Assembly (NCBI GenBank): GCA_947500875.1
Contig: CANMUN010000007.1
Span: 2,244-66,243 of the forward strand
DNA length: 64,000 bases
Direction: 5' to 3'
Source: Flavobacteriales bacterium
Lineage (GTDB): Bacteria > Bacteroidota > Bacteroidia > Flavobacteriales_D > Crocinitomicaceae
Numbering within the stretch: the first letter of the stretch is position 1; each line of letters begins with the position of its first letter. The notes beneath the pieces are model-generated. The model ran no database searches. It worked only from the letters and a program-made list of their open reading frames with translations, and was not told the DNA's origin. This document shows positions 1 through 10,482 of the stretch, piece by piece. The position numbers and the translations under genes are program-made.

Positions 1-64
1 ACGTTGGGGTAGGGGGTCCGTTGGTGGATGAGTCCACGCGTGAAGTAAGGATTCCAAGGCTGGG

Positions 65-910
65 TTATTCATCCATCCGAGCTATTTTATCGTCAAATAA
101 TTTGATTTTACGCTGCTTGTACAGTTTGCCAATGGCCTGCTTGAAGGTTTTTTTGCTCATGCGGAATTGCTCGTATATTTCGCTGGCATCGGATTTATCC
201 GTTAAGTAGAGAAATTTGTTTTGGGCTAAATACGCCGCAATTTGATCGACCGCTTCGTCGTATTTTTGGGGAAGGGTGGAACTGATTTTAACATCCACTT
301 TACCATCAGGTCGCACACCACTTACATGCACGGAAAGGGTTTGTCCGAGGGAAACAGGAATCTTACACTCGCTCCGGTACAACATTCCTAGGTATTGTTG
401 GTCCAGTACCCCGCGCCATCCTAGTTCATGATGTTCGGTCACGAGAAACGGTAAGTTCTGGTGCTCAATTTCTGAGTTCGCCATCACCAATTTCTTGTTG
501 ATTTTCATGCTTCCGTAGAGGCGATCCGTCTGCGGGTCGTAGCACAGCATTACGGGATAAGTTTCGCCAATTTCGATGCCTTCGCGTTGTTCAGAGAAAG
601 GAATGAACAAGTCCTTGTCGAGTCCCCAATCAGCGAAAGCACCGTGCATGTTCATTTCAGTGACCGTTAAGAATGCGCAGGTGTTGAGGGTTAATTTGGG
701 GAAATCGCGGACTACCACCCTGCGGTTGTTCGAATCCTTCATGAGAAATGCTTGAACTTCATCACCTACTTGAGGGTTGGTCGGCAGGTACTTTGTTGGG
801 AGCAAAACTTCTTCCTCATCGAGGGTGTTATCTTCTTTTCCAACAACATACGCTCCTTGGGGGGTAAATCGCTCAATTTGAAAGGTGTGTATCTCTCCTA
901 GTTGCATCAT
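65..910 (-). CDS. S1-like RNA-binding domain protein (CvfB/YitL family)
   Basis: Full-length 281-aa ORF with repeated OB/S1-like segments and a basic winged-helix-like tail (KTFKQAIGKLYKQRKI). It has a 4-nt start/stop overlap with the upstream gene. Confidence 0.7.
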   Translation of the reverse strand: MMQLGEIHTFQIERFTPQGAYVVGKEDNTLDEEEVLLPTKYLPTNPQVGDEVQAFLMKDSNNRRVVVRDFPKLTLNTCAFLTVTEMNMHGAFADWGLDKDLFIPFSEQREGIEIGETYPVMLCYDPQTDRLYGSMKINKKLVMANSEIEHQNLPFLVTEHHELGWRGVLDQQYLGMLYRSECKIPVSLGQTLSVHVSGVRPDGKVDVKISSTLPQKYDEAVDQIAAYLAQNKFLYLTDKSDASEIYEQFRMSKKTFKQAIGKLYKQRKIKLFDDKIARMDE

Positions 911-2022
911 GGTTGAGGGGGGCGTCTTCGGTTGCGTTTGTACTTTCCAGTGGTGACGCTCAGTTTATCTGGATTTCTTCGGTCCCACCATTTTTTTTTG
1001 GGGATCACTTCTTCGGGGGTTTCTTCAGCGATTTCAAGTTGTTCGCTTTCGGGGGTTCTTGATACATGGCTGATGTCTCCGGGACGGTTGGGGTCTTCGG
1101 GGTTCACCCACTTAAGTTTATAACTCTGTTTTCGTGGTTGCCCCGTTTTGGGATCGAGCACATAAACGGTAGCCGAACCTTCCTCGGTGGGGTCGTTGAT
1201 CGCAACGACATCTTCCTGTAACACGAAGCGGTCCTCGGCCCATACATACGCATCGTAGGAAAAGTCGGGGACATAAAAGGAGTAAACACCCGTCAACGAA
1301 GGGTTCTCGGGTGAAAGGTGGTCAAAAACGATTCGGTTGCGTTTTTCATCCATGCGCAGGGCCATGTTGCTTTTATCGGAGTATTCGAAAACGACCCTTT
1401 TCAGCACCTTCTTTTTATTGACAAACAGGGGACTACCGAACTTCACCGCATTGCCTTTGAAGCTTAAAACATCGATGATTTTAAAATTACTGCTCGTGGT
1501 GCCGCCGTCCCATCCCAGTAAAACGTATTGGTTTTCACCGTTGTATTCTACGGTAATCATTTTGTAGTAAAGGGCACCGTACCAATTTTTTCCATCGACA
1601 ATGTTCTCGGGGATTGGGGTGTAGGGATCGTTGACGTCGACCAATGGAACAACGGTGGATTTCTCTTCGTCGGGATCATAGCGCACCACAAATCCAGAAT
1701 AGCTGTAAGTGAAGTCGGGGAATTCTAGGTTCCAATGTACGATGCGCACTAGTCCGTCGTCGCTGTGAAGGTCTGCGATGGATTTTAATCGGGTAAAAGG
1801 GTATTGAAACGCTCCGTCTTTTTCAAGGAATTTGTTCATTTCTTGGGTGAATACCGTATTCAGCCGCTGCATTTCTTGTTCGGTTTTAGCAGAACGGAGT
1901 TCGTTTAATTTGACGTTCAGTTGGTCTTCTAATTCGGCCAAATTCTGCCCAAAAGCTCCAGTTGTCCAAAGGAAAATTGCCAGATATAGGTAGCGCATGG
2001 TGCTAAAACGGGGCTTGTACAA
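907..2022 (-). CDS. hypothetical secreted protein
   Basis: Long ORF with an N-terminal signal-like segment (MRYLYLAIFLWTTGAFGQ; the alternative start at that Met is nt 1998) and a basic C-terminal tail. No family recognised. Confidence 0.6.
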   Translation of the reverse strand: MYKPRFSTMRYLYLAIFLWTTGAFGQNLAELEDQLNVKLNELRSAKTEQEMQRLNTVFTQEMNKFLEKDGAFQYPFTRLKSIADLHSDDGLVRIVHWNLEFPDFTYSYSGFVVRYDPDEEKSTVVPLVDVNDPYTPIPENIVDGKNWYGALYYKMITVEYNGENQYVLLGWDGGTTSSNFKIIDVLSFKGNAVKFGSPLFVNKKKVLKRVVFEYSDKSNMALRMDEKRNRIVFDHLSPENPSLTGVYSFYVPDFSYDAYVWAEDRFVLQEDVVAINDPTEEGSATVYVLDPKTGQPRKQSYKLKWVNPEDPNRPGDISHVSRTPESEQLEIAEETPEEVIPKKKWWDRRNPDKLSVTTGKYKRNRRRPPQP

Positions 2023-2027
2023 AATAG

Positions 2028-2681
2028 TTACGTACTTGCAATTTGACGGAGGTTTTGAATGGTGTTTACCGGATTTTCAGCATTGAACACGAAATTTCCA
2101 GCCACGAGGGCTCTCGCACCTGCCTGTCCAAGCAGTACACCGTTGTCCTGATTTACCCCCCCATCCACTTCAATGATTACTTGTGGATTGATTTCTTGGG
2201 CCATTCGCTTTACCTCGGCCACTTTTTTGATGCTTTCTGGGAGAAAGGTCTGCCCACCAAAGCCGGGGTTAACGGACATGATCAACACCACCTCCAAATC
2301 CGCCATCACATGCTGCAAAACGGAAACAGGGGTGTGCGGATTAAGAGCGACTCCCGGGCGCATGCCCAGACTGCGTATCCGTTGCAATGTTCGGTGCAAA
2401 TGCGTGCAGGCTTCGTAATGCACGGTTAAAATATCGGCGCCCGCTTGTTGGAATTCTTCAAGGTAAAGGTCCGCGTTTTGAATCATTAAGTGCACATCAA
2501 GTACTTTATCGCTGTGTTTTCGTACACTTTTCAGGATTGGAAACCCGAAAGAAATATTGGGTACGAAGACGCCATCCATAACATCCACGTGAATCCATTC
2601 AGCTTCCGAGGAATTCAACATTTCAATGTCGCGCTTCAGGTTGCCAAAATCACAAGACAGAATGGAGGGAGATACAATCAT
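2028..2681 (-). CDS. rpe: ribulose-phosphate 3-epimerase
   Basis: The N-terminus SPSILSCDFGNL, HVDVMDG.FVPN, the MSVNPGFGGQ.F motif and a length of 217 aa are typical of Rpe. Confidence 0.93.
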   Translation of the reverse strand: MIVSPSILSCDFGNLKRDIEMLNSSEAEWIHVDVMDGVFVPNISFGFPILKSVRKHSDKVLDVHLMIQNADLYLEEFQQAGADILTVHYEACTHLHRTLQRIRSLGMRPGVALNPHTPVSVLQHVMADLEVVLIMSVNPGFGGQTFLPESIKKVAEVKRMAQEINPQVIIEVDGGVNQDNGVLLGQAGARALVAGNFVFNAENPVNTIQNLRQIAST

Positions 2682-2684
2682 AAT

Positions 2685-4271
2685 TTAAAAGTTGAATTTT
2701 TGAACGTTTTTCAGGGAGTTGAGCAATTGGGAATCCCTTCCATAGATATCGATGTAAAAAACCAATCGATTGGCGGAGGCGCAAACCGTTTGATAATAGA
2801 CTTTTATGGGGATTTTGGTTTTCAGCGGGAAAACGTTGTGTTTGCCCACCCGCAGAAAGGTATCCAAGGTGTCAGGTCGCATCGATTTCTTCCTGCGGCC
2901 TTCTTGGTCGTAGGTGAGGAATTGTTTCCCTAATTCCGCCGGGAATTCACACCGCATACAACCGTGGGAAAAGCTTCTAACCGCTCGGTTGAACAGGGCC
3001 TTTTGGGGTGTGTCGTGCACGTAAACGCTGTGGCGGTTATTGAACTCAAATTTAAGCACCCCAAGGCTGTTCCATTTTCCGGGGCTTTGGACGATGTTGT
3101 ACCCGTTGGAATTGAGGTTGATTTTTGAAACATCCAAAGCGCTGGTATCCCTGTATCCGCGGATCGTATAATGGTGTTTCGCGAGGTAGTTTTTATTTTT
3201 CCGTACTTCGGGCATGATTTCTTTTTTTACAATGCTCGCAGGGACTTTCCAATAGGGGTAAATCACAATGCTCCGGATTTCGGACTCAAGTTCGGGGGTT
3301 TCGTTCGAACGTTTTCCAATCACAACGCGGTGTTTTGCCTTCAAGCTATCGTTGGCATAAAAGTACAGCGTATATTCGGGGAGGTTGATCAACACTAAGC
3401 GACCATAGGAGTTTTTACGGTGTCGAATTTTATCCAAGCTCAAAGCCGCACGGGTGAGTTTTTTAACATTGGATTCGCACAGCGCTTCCACCGTGTAGTC
3501 GTTTAGCTGCAAGGTTGAATCAAGGCCGTTGTGCAATTTGAATAAGAGCAGCGCCGACTCAAATGCAGTATTAGAAGGTTGTTGGGTGTCCAGGTATCCT
3601 TTGTTTTTAAGACTTAATTTTGCCAGCGCGGTCCTTTTTTCTTCGGTGGTAAAATCCTTGGGGGAAAGATTTGAGGTGTCGAGCCGGTACTTCATTCCGA
3701 AGGACAAGATTTGACTGGACAGTTGTTGAAAGAGGGTATCGCTCTTCGGGCCTAAAGCCATCAGGTAGTTTTTGGCGGATTCGAACGTAGTCGCTTTGGT
3801 GAGATAGTTCATGTTGCGAAAAGTGGCCAATGGAGCTACGGTTTTAGGTCGTCCACTGGTGTCTAAAAAACCCTTATCCCGGATCTCTACCATGCGAGCA
3901 AGGTGCACTACTTTTACCATATCCAATTCCAAAGGATGTGCCTTCTTTCCAGGAAGCTCAAGGTATTCGCGGGGTATTCCAAAAGCCAAGGATCGTTCAT
4001 ATAGCTGGCTGAACAGGGAGTCTTTTGAGGAAGCTTGTCCCAACAGGAAGGGGCGATAATCACGTTGTTCGTAGTAGGTCCTAAGCAGTTTTACCTCTCC
4101 TGGAGAGAATGCCTTGCCCATGAGAGAATCGCTTTCCAAATAGCGTTCTATTTTTTCTGCGTTGGATAAATTGGGGTCTTTTAGAAAATTTTTCTCACGC
4201 GCTTGTTTTGGGTTGCAGGAAATCAACACCAAAGAACTTAAAAATAAAAGTAGTGCGATGCGCAAAATCAC
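2685..4271 (-). CDS. L,D-transpeptidase family lipoprotein (YkuD domain)
   Basis: Lipoprotein signal (LVLISC) and a C-terminal catalytic block YVHDTP...RSFSHGCMRC, the His/Cys motif of L,D-transpeptidases. Confidence 0.8.
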   Translation of the reverse strand: MILRIALLLFLSSLVLISCNPKQAREKNFLKDPNLSNAEKIERYLESDSLMGKAFSPGEVKLLRTYYEQRDYRPFLLGQASSKDSLFSQLYERSLAFGIPREYLELPGKKAHPLELDMVKVVHLARMVEIRDKGFLDTSGRPKTVAPLATFRNMNYLTKATTFESAKNYLMALGPKSDTLFQQLSSQILSFGMKYRLDTSNLSPKDFTTEEKRTALAKLSLKNKGYLDTQQPSNTAFESALLLFKLHNGLDSTLQLNDYTVEALCESNVKKLTRAALSLDKIRHRKNSYGRLVLINLPEYTLYFYANDSLKAKHRVVIGKRSNETPELESEIRSIVIYPYWKVPASIVKKEIMPEVRKNKNYLAKHHYTIRGYRDTSALDVSKINLNSNGYNIVQSPGKWNSLGVLKFEFNNRHSVYVHDTPQKALFNRAVRSFSHGCMRCEFPAELGKQFLTYDQEGRRKKSMRPDTLDTFLRVGKHNVFPLKTKIPIKVYYQTVCASANRLVFYIDIYGRDSQLLNSLKNVQKFNF

Positions 4272-4312
4272 GTGCTAATATAGTTATTTTTGACTTGAAT
4301 AAAGAGGATTGT

Positions 4313-4927
4313 ATGGTGCTCTCAGTAGTCTATTTATTGATTCTAGTAGTTTCGTTGGTTACCTATGAGGGTTTTCGACGCGAACATTGGCGAGACTCCT
4401 TACTCTTCAATCCCTATGCTATCGCACAGGGTCAAAAATCCATTGGAATTTTTAGCCATTTTTGGTTTCATGCGGATTGGCAGCATTTAATTTTCAACAT
4501 GCTATCGCTCTACATGCTTGGGGGTGTTTTGGAGTCCTTATGGGTTCTTGAATTTGGGGTGCAAAAAGGATCCATGTTGTTCATTTCGCTTTACCTTTTC
4601 GGCGGAGTTGCAGCAACTATTCTTCCGTATTTTCGCCATCGATACAATCCAAATTATCGTTCGCTTGGGGCTTCGGGAGCCGTTTCTGCGGTGGTTTTTG
4701 CGGCCATTATGTGGTATCCTCAAATGCAATTAGGGCTTTTGTTCTTACCCATTCCGATTCCTGCCTATATCTTCGGTCCGCTCTATTTAGGGATTGAGTA
4801 TTACGCCATGAAGCGTGGCAATACGAACATTGCCAACGACGGTCATATCAGCGGTGCTTTGTTTGGGATTCTCTTTGTATTGCTGTTAGATCCTTCGAAA
4901 TTCACTTTGTTTTTAAGCAATTTTTAA
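4313..4927 (+). CDS. rhomboid family intramembrane serine protease
   Basis: Multi-TM protein with the GASGAVSAV (GxSG) motif and a downstream catalytic-His segment (DGHISGALFG). The start is taken at the internal Met (MVLSVVYLL), because the track start at 4208 would overlap the convergent upstream gene. Confidence 0.85.
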   Translation: MVLSVVYLLILVVSLVTYEGFRREHWRDSLLFNPYAIAQGQKSIGIFSHFWFHADWQHLIFNMLSLYMLGGVLESLWVLEFGVQKGSMLFISLYLFGGVAATILPYFRHRYNPNYRSLGASGAVSAVVFAAIMWYPQMQLGLLFLPIPIPAYIFGPLYLGIEYYAMKRGNTNIANDGHISGALFGILFVLLLDPSKFTLFLSNF

Positions 4928-4929
4928 CC

Positions 4930-5787
4930 ATGTTGTACATTAATAACAACGGCAGAGTTATGCCACGTGAGTCCTTAAGTATCGCCGCAGGAAGCAGAGC
5001 TTTTTTGTACGGTGACGGTGTTTTTGAGAGCATCCGTATCTTCGGTGGTAAGCCGATTCATTTGAATACGCATTTTCAAAGGCTCTTCAAAGGGGCCGAG
5101 ATGTTGCGCATGAGTGTCCCTGAGCATCTCAATGCTTCCTTTTTAGAGGAAAAAATAAACGACCTGATTTCGCTTTCACAAATTAAATCGGGAGGACGAT
5201 GCCGCATTAGCTTGGATAGAGCCGAAGGAGGAACTTATAAGCCAGAGAAAAACGATGCTGTATTTTTTATCGAAGTTATGCCCTTGGAAGAAAATGAGTT
5301 TTTACTCAACTACAAAGGCCTTGAGATTGATATTTACAAAGAAATCAAATTGACCAAATCCTTCCTTTCGCCCTTCAAAACGAAAAACGGTTTAGTAAAG
5401 GTCATGGCAGCTGTTCATGCCACCGAGCAAGGATTGGATGATTTTATTTTGTCCAATGACAAAGGCAATATCATTGAAACGAGCAACAGCAATATTTTTG
5501 TAGTCAGTAACGGGGTATTGTATACGCCGGGTTTGGAGGAAGGATGCATCGCTGGAACCATGCGAATGATGGTGATCAACATTGCTCTTCAGAATAACAT
5601 TCGCGTGTACGAATGCCCCATTTTACCCCATAACTTACTTTCGGCGGACGAGATTTTGCTCACCAACGCGATTTCCGGTATTCGTTGGGTTGGAGGCTAT
5701 CGAACGAAGCGTTACCTCAATACCACGGCACGACGCTTAGTCATGTTGCTCAATGCTCACTGGAACAAGGAATTGGGTTTAGGGTAG
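4930..5787 (+). CDS. aminotransferase class IV (aminodeoxychorismate lyase / branched-chain aminotransferase-like)
   Basis: The RAFLYGDGVFESIRI N-terminal block, the ETSNSNIF..., LYTP and GIAG motifs, and a length of 285 aa fit fold-type IV PLP enzymes. Confidence 0.8.
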   Translation: MLYINNNGRVMPRESLSIAAGSRAFLYGDGVFESIRIFGGKPIHLNTHFQRLFKGAEMLRMSVPEHLNASFLEEKINDLISLSQIKSGGRCRISLDRAEGGTYKPEKNDAVFFIEVMPLEENEFLLNYKGLEIDIYKEIKLTKSFLSPFKTKNGLVKVMAAVHATEQGLDDFILSNDKGNIIETSNSNIFVVSNGVLYTPGLEEGCIAGTMRMMVINIALQNNIRVYECPILPHNLLSADEILLTNAISGIRWVGGYRTKRYLNTTARRLVMLLNAHWNKELGLG

Positions 5788-5788
5788 T

Positions 5789-6304
5789 TTACCAATGGTA
5801 GGCGTGGTCCATCAGCCACTTGTTTTGTACCCTTAAGGTTTGTTCAATCACATCGCGTACCGCACCTTTTCCACCGCAAAAAGGAGAGATGTATTCAGCG
5901 GCTGAACGTGCATCAATGCTGGCATCGAAGGGGGCCGTGGCTAATCCCACTTCGCGCATAACAGGGATGTCGGGAATGTCATCGCCCATGTACAAGCATT
6001 CTTCCGGTTTTAGTAGGTATTCCTCCTTTAATGCTTGAAAAACCGTTAGTTTATTCCTGGAACGCAACCTAACAGCCGTAACGCCTAACGATTCAAACGA
6101 CTTCTTCACGTGTTCCGAATCCCCTCCAGTGATGAGAAAAACGCTGTAGCCAAGTCCGCAAGCATACTGTATAGCGTAGCTATCCCTCGAATGCAGGGTG
6201 CGTAGGTACTCTTTTCCATCGATTAGCACGGTGCCGTCAGTAAGTACGCCGTCCACGTCAAAAAGGAAATGCTGAATGCTGTTGAGCTTTATTTTATAAT
6301 TCAT
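5789..6304 (-). CDS. kdsC: KDO 8-phosphate phosphatase-like HAD hydrolase
   Basis: HAD motif I FLFDVDGVLTDG and a C-terminal YMGDDIPDIPVM block. The 171-aa size is typical of KdsC. Confidence 0.8.
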   Translation of the reverse strand: MNYKIKLNSIQHFLFDVDGVLTDGTVLIDGKEYLRTLHSRDSYAIQYACGLGYSVFLITGGDSEHVKKSFESLGVTAVRLRSRNKLTVFQALKEEYLLKPEECLYMGDDIPDIPVMREVGLATAPFDASIDARSAAEYISPFCGGKGAVRDVIEQTLRVQNKWLMDHAYHW

Positions 6305-7031
6305 GGTGTTTTTGGATGATGAGTTGGCTGATATGGCGGTAAAGTTCTGCCATGGAAGGATCGATGGCTTCCATCATTTGGAGCTGTTCCTCCATCATGG
6401 AACGGTCGTTTCTTCGAGCGGGTCCTGTTTGAAGGTCTTCATGAGCCACGGCGTTTTCAACGGTCTTTTGCAGGAGAGGAAAGAAGGTCTCGATAGCTAA
6501 TTTTTGGGCGCCAAGTTCTAAACCAGACTTCAGGATGAAGTACCCGAAATTGTTGATGAATACGGCTGCAAGGTGGGAGTGAAGCCGCTGTTCTGCGGTT
6601 ACGAGGTGTGCGGTCGCACCGATGGAGGAAAGGAATCGTGCTCCCAACTTTGCCTGCTCTTCGCGGGCATCGATTAAGAACGGAACTTCCTCCAAGCGGG
6701 GCATGCGGTTGATATGGATGCTTTGCAAGGGATACAGGTAGCCGATGTGAAGCAAGTTGCTGCGGTGAAATCCTGCGCATACGAAAACGGGTCGCTTGGT
6801 TGGGAGTTCTGCGATAACACGGTCGATCGCATCGTTTTGAACCGCCACGAGGTAGAAATCGATTCCATGATGTTCTTGCAAAGCTTCGCAGGCATACAGC
6901 GCACAGAATGCGTTGGTTTTGTCGTGGTTCGAACCTTTTACGAACAGGTTGTTCTGAGGGTCTTGGGTGATTTCACGGGCTAAAAAAGCGGCGAGGTTAC
7001 CCGTTCCAATCAGGCCTATTTTCCATGGCAT
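6294..7031 (-). CDS. Rossmann-fold / DUF2520-like protein
   Basis: N-terminal dinucleotide-binding pattern IGLIGTGNLA. Overall similarity by eye to the DUF2520 family. The function is not inferable from the sequence. Confidence 0.6.
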   Translation of the reverse strand: MPWKIGLIGTGNLAAFLAREITQDPQNNLFVKGSNHDKTNAFCALYACEALQEHHGIDFYLVAVQNDAIDRVIAELPTKRPVFVCAGFHRSNLLHIGYLYPLQSIHINRMPRLEEVPFLIDAREEQAKLGARFLSSIGATAHLVTAEQRLHSHLAAVFINNFGYFILKSGLELGAQKLAIETFFPLLQKTVENAVAHEDLQTGPARRNDRSMMEEQLQMMEAIDPSMAELYRHISQLIIQKHHEL

Positions 7032-10000
7032 TGCTTGAATTTTTTACCGCTTCCACAAGGACAGGGATCATTTCGGTTGATTTTGGGTTCCACGACAATC
7101 GGATTTCTTTTTTCAACCGGAGGAGGCATCATGCCTTCGCTCGAAGCGCTGCTGTTTTGAAACCTTGGTGCTTCTCCGGACATGGAAGTATTGGTAGCAG
7201 CTTTGGCATAATTCCGCTGGGTTGCTTCGCTGTTGGTTTGTTTCATGCTTTGGTCAGCCGGAATATCAAGATTCATTAACAATTCAACGGCTTGCTGATT
7301 GATCCGTGAAATCATGCTTTCGAACAGGTTATAGGCTTCCAATTTGTAAATCACCAATGGGTCTTTTTGCTCATAGGTCGCATTGTTCACCGCACTTCTT
7401 AGGTCGTCCATTTCCCTTAAATGTTCCTTCCATTCGTTGTCTATGATGCCGAGCAATATGTGTTTTTCGAATTGTTTGGAAATCAGTTTGCCTTGGCTTT
7501 CATAAGCCTCTTGAAGGTTCACGATCAATTGAATTTCGCGTACTCCATCCGAAAGCGGAAATACGATGTTCTTATACCGATCGGACATGGTTTCATAAAC
7601 CTCCTTGATTTGAGGCATCGTTCGTTGCACAATTTTCTCTTGCTTACGCTGGTATTGCCGCAGCATGGATTCATAAACAGATTGAGTCAACTGATCCGTG
7701 GTGGAGGATTTAAATGAATCTTCATCCACAGGACTTACAATCCCAAGAAGCCGTAACAGCTCCAATTCAAAATCGGAATAATTACCATGTTGAGTACGTT
7801 CAACGCACTGACGGCTTAAGTCATAGAACATGTTGTCGACATCGATGTCTAATCGGTCGCCGTTTAACGCATTTTTTCGAAGCTTGTAGATTTTTTTACG
7901 CTGGGCGTTCATGACGTCATCGTACTCTAACAAGCGTTTACGTATTCCGAAGTTGTTCTCTTCTACTTTTTTCTGCGCCCGTTCGATGGATTTAGAGACC
8001 ATGCTGTGGGTAATGACCTCACCTTCTTTTAGTCCCATGCGGTCCATGATCTTAGCGATGCGCTCTGATCCAAATTTCCGCATTAGGTCGTCCTCCAAGG
8101 AAACGAAAAATTGGGAAGTACCTGGGTCGCCTTGCCGTCCAGAACGTCCTCGGAGCTGACGGTCGACCCTTCGGGAATCGTGACGTTCCGTTCCAACGAT
8201 GGCTAGACCTCCTGCTTCTTTAACACCTTCACCGAGTTTAATATCCGTTCCACGACCGGCCATGTTGGTGGCAATGGTGACCGCACCAGCCTTACCAGCA
8301 TTGGCAACAATTTCCGCTTCTTTTTGGTGGTATTTTGCGTTGAGAACTTGGTGAGGTATTTTTCGGAAATGAAGCATTTTACTGAGCAATTCCGAAATTT
8401 CAACGGTGGTGGTTCCTACAAGCACAGGTCGACCTTCCTCCACCAATTTCGCGACTTCATCGATCACCGCTCCGAATTTTTCACGGGCTGTTTTATACAC
8501 CATATCATTATCGTCTTTGCGTATCACTTTTCGGTGAGTCGGAATCACAACAACATCCAGCGCATAGATGTCGAAGAATTCTTTAGCTTCGGTTTCTGCT
8601 GTTCCGGTCATACCCGCCAATTTGTGGTACATACGGAAGTAGTTCTGAAGCGTAATAGTTGCATAGGTTTGCGTTGCGGCTTCGATGGTGACATTTTCTT
8701 TCGCTTCAATGGCTTGGTGTAAACCGTCGGAATACCTCCTTCCTTCAAGAATACGACCGGTGGACTCATCCACAATTTTCACCTTCCCGTCCAAGATCAC
8801 ATATTCAACTTCTTTTTCGAAGAGGGTATACGCTTTTAATAGTTGGTTGACGGAATGAATTCGCTCGGATTTAATGGAATAATCCCGAACCAAAGCGTCT
8901 TTTTGTTCGATGAAAGCTTCTTGGTTAAGGCCTTGTGATTCAAGCTTTGCGAGTTCTGCACCGATGTCTGGCATGATGAAAAAGTCCTTATCGTCGTTGC
9001 CAGAAATTAAGTCGATTCCTTTGGAGGTAAGCTCGATAGAGTTGTTTTTTTCATCGATTACGAAGAATAATTCTTGGTCGATGACCTTCATGTGTTTTCC
9101 TTGCTCCTGAAGGTAATGGTTTTCTGTTTTTTGAAGGTGTACTTTGACCCCAGGTTCAGAAAGATACTTGATTAATGCTTTATTTTTGGGCAATCCTCGA
9201 TGGGCTCGAAGCAGGGCAATACCCCCTTCTTCCAACATGGTTTTCTCGAGTTTTTTGTCGCTTTGTAATTCACTGAGCACCACTAAATTCTTTTTGGCTT
9301 CGAGCAGGCACTTTTGCACTACTTCCCTTTGGGCATTGACAATGCGTTCAATCCGTGGTTTGAGTGCTTGAAATTCTTGTTCACCTCGTTGGTCGGTGGG
9401 ACCAGAAATGATTAAGGGAGTTCGCGCATCATCGATAAGGACTGAGTCAACCTCATCCACAATGGCAAAGTGATGTTTGCGTTGCACCAACTCGCTTGGG
9501 TGCCCCACCATGTTATCCCGCAGGTAGTCAAATCCGAATTCATTGTTGGTTCCGAAGGTGATATCTGCTAGGTACGCATTTCGTCGAGCTTCGGAATTTG
9601 GCGTGTGTTTATCGATGCAATCCACGCTCAAGCCATGGAATTGATACAAAGGCCCCATCCATTCAGAATCGCGTTTTGCTAAGTAGTCGTTGACGGTTAC
9701 GACGTGAACTCCTTTTCCTGCTAGAGCGTTTAAGTAAACAGGTAAGGTGGCAACCAAGGTTTTTCCTTCCCCCGTTTGCATCTCTGCGATGTTTCCTTTG
9801 TGCAATACGGCACCGCCCATGAGCTGTACGTCGTAATGCACCATGTTCCACACTACTTTATTACCAGCCGCAGTCCATTCGTTCAGCCAAATGGCTTGAT
9901 CGCCTTGCAAATAAATGCCGTCTTTTTTTGGCGCTAATGCTCGGTCGTAGTCACGCGCTGTTACCGTTAGTTGTCCGTTGTTTACCCATCGTTTAGCTGT

Positions 10001-10351
10001 TTCTTTCACCACGGCAAAGGCTTCGGGAAGGATTTTAAGCAATTCTTCCTCAATTAAACCGTCGATTTCTAAGCGAAGTCGATCGATGCGCTCAAAAAGC
10101 TCTTCCTTTTCATTGATTTCAACTTCGAGGCTGGCGGCTTGTTGCTCAATGCTCGCTAATTCTTCTTCTTTCGAAGCAATACTGTTGTTGATTTGCGTTC
10201 GAAAAGCAAAGGATTTTTCACGCAGCCCATCATCGGAAAGTTGTTGTATAGAGCTTTCCGCGGCTAAAACTTGGTCTACAAACGGTTGATATAGCTTCTG
10301 ATCCCTAATGCTTTTATCGCCAAATATTTTTTTGAGAAGGTCTGTAATCAT
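7016..10351 (-). CDS. secA: preprotein translocase ATPase SecA
   Basis: 1111 aa with the MQTGEGKTLVATLP Walker A, the DEVDSVLIDDARTPLIISG DEAD-like box, TNMAGRGTDIKLG, and a C-terminal zinc-binding tail CPCGSGKKFKQCHG. Confidence 0.97.
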   Translation of the reverse strand: MITDLLKKIFGDKSIRDQKLYQPFVDQVLAAESSIQQLSDDGLREKSFAFRTQINNSIASKEEELASIEQQAASLEVEINEKEELFERIDRLRLEIDGLIEEELLKILPEAFAVVKETAKRWVNNGQLTVTARDYDRALAPKKDGIYLQGDQAIWLNEWTAAGNKVVWNMVHYDVQLMGGAVLHKGNIAEMQTGEGKTLVATLPVYLNALAGKGVHVVTVNDYLAKRDSEWMGPLYQFHGLSVDCIDKHTPNSEARRNAYLADITFGTNNEFGFDYLRDNMVGHPSELVQRKHHFAIVDEVDSVLIDDARTPLIISGPTDQRGEQEFQALKPRIERIVNAQREVVQKCLLEAKKNLVVLSELQSDKKLEKTMLEEGGIALLRAHRGLPKNKALIKYLSEPGVKVHLQKTENHYLQEQGKHMKVIDQELFFVIDEKNNSIELTSKGIDLISGNDDKDFFIMPDIGAELAKLESQGLNQEAFIEQKDALVRDYSIKSERIHSVNQLLKAYTLFEKEVEYVILDGKVKIVDESTGRILEGRRYSDGLHQAIEAKENVTIEAATQTYATITLQNYFRMYHKLAGMTGTAETEAKEFFDIYALDVVVIPTHRKVIRKDDNDMVYKTAREKFGAVIDEVAKLVEEGRPVLVGTTTVEISELLSKMLHFRKIPHQVLNAKYHQKEAEIVANAGKAGAVTIATNMAGRGTDIKLGEGVKEAGGLAIVGTERHDSRRVDRQLRGRSGRQGDPGTSQFFVSLEDDLMRKFGSERIAKIMDRMGLKEGEVITHSMVSKSIERAQKKVEENNFGIRKRLLEYDDVMNAQRKKIYKLRKNALNGDRLDIDVDNMFYDLSRQCVERTQHGNYSDFELELLRLLGIVSPVDEDSFKSSTTDQLTQSVYESMLRQYQRKQEKIVQRTMPQIKEVYETMSDRYKNIVFPLSDGVREIQLIVNLQEAYESQGKLISKQFEKHILLGIIDNEWKEHLREMDDLRSAVNNATYEQKDPLVIYKLEAYNLFESMISRINQQAVELLMNLDIPADQSMKQTNSEATQRNYAKAATNTSMSGEAPRFQNSSASSEGMMPPPVEKRNPIVVEPKINRNDPCPCGSGKKFKQCHGK

Positions 10352-10482
10352 GTCGAAATGAATTGGGCGTCAAAGTTACGCAATATCGCGGAAACAAAGT
10401 TGGCTTTATTTGGAGAGATTAAAAATTGGCTTGGAGCGCCTGTTATTCCGCATCACGGAGCAAAATAAATGTAATTTTGCAC

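Noticed and set aside
4208-4312. N-terminal extensions offered by the ORF track: rhomboid at 4208, guaA at 10426, hemF at 13678, OmpA at 18698, the lipoprotein at 24169, the J-domain protein up to 30731, and the WYL regulator up to 62566.
   Set aside because: The extensions overlap the preceding gene or add non-homologous residues ahead of a well-defined family N-terminus or signal peptide. Internal Met starts fit better.
6926-6934. A GGTTCGAAC string resembling a tRNA T-arm.
   Set aside because: It lies inside a well-supported CDS (6294-7031). No acceptor or anticodon stems can be built around it.
7025-10289. About ten 60-130-aa ORFs in the track lying antisense to or out of frame within secA. 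Similar sets lie inside the adhesin gene (15320-17581), guaA, the thiolase, the RT gene (31653-34755) and sspC.
   Set aside because: Each lies entirely inside a long ORF with strong family motifs. They have low-complexity or Arg/Ser-rich translations typical of antisense frames, so they were treated as spurious.
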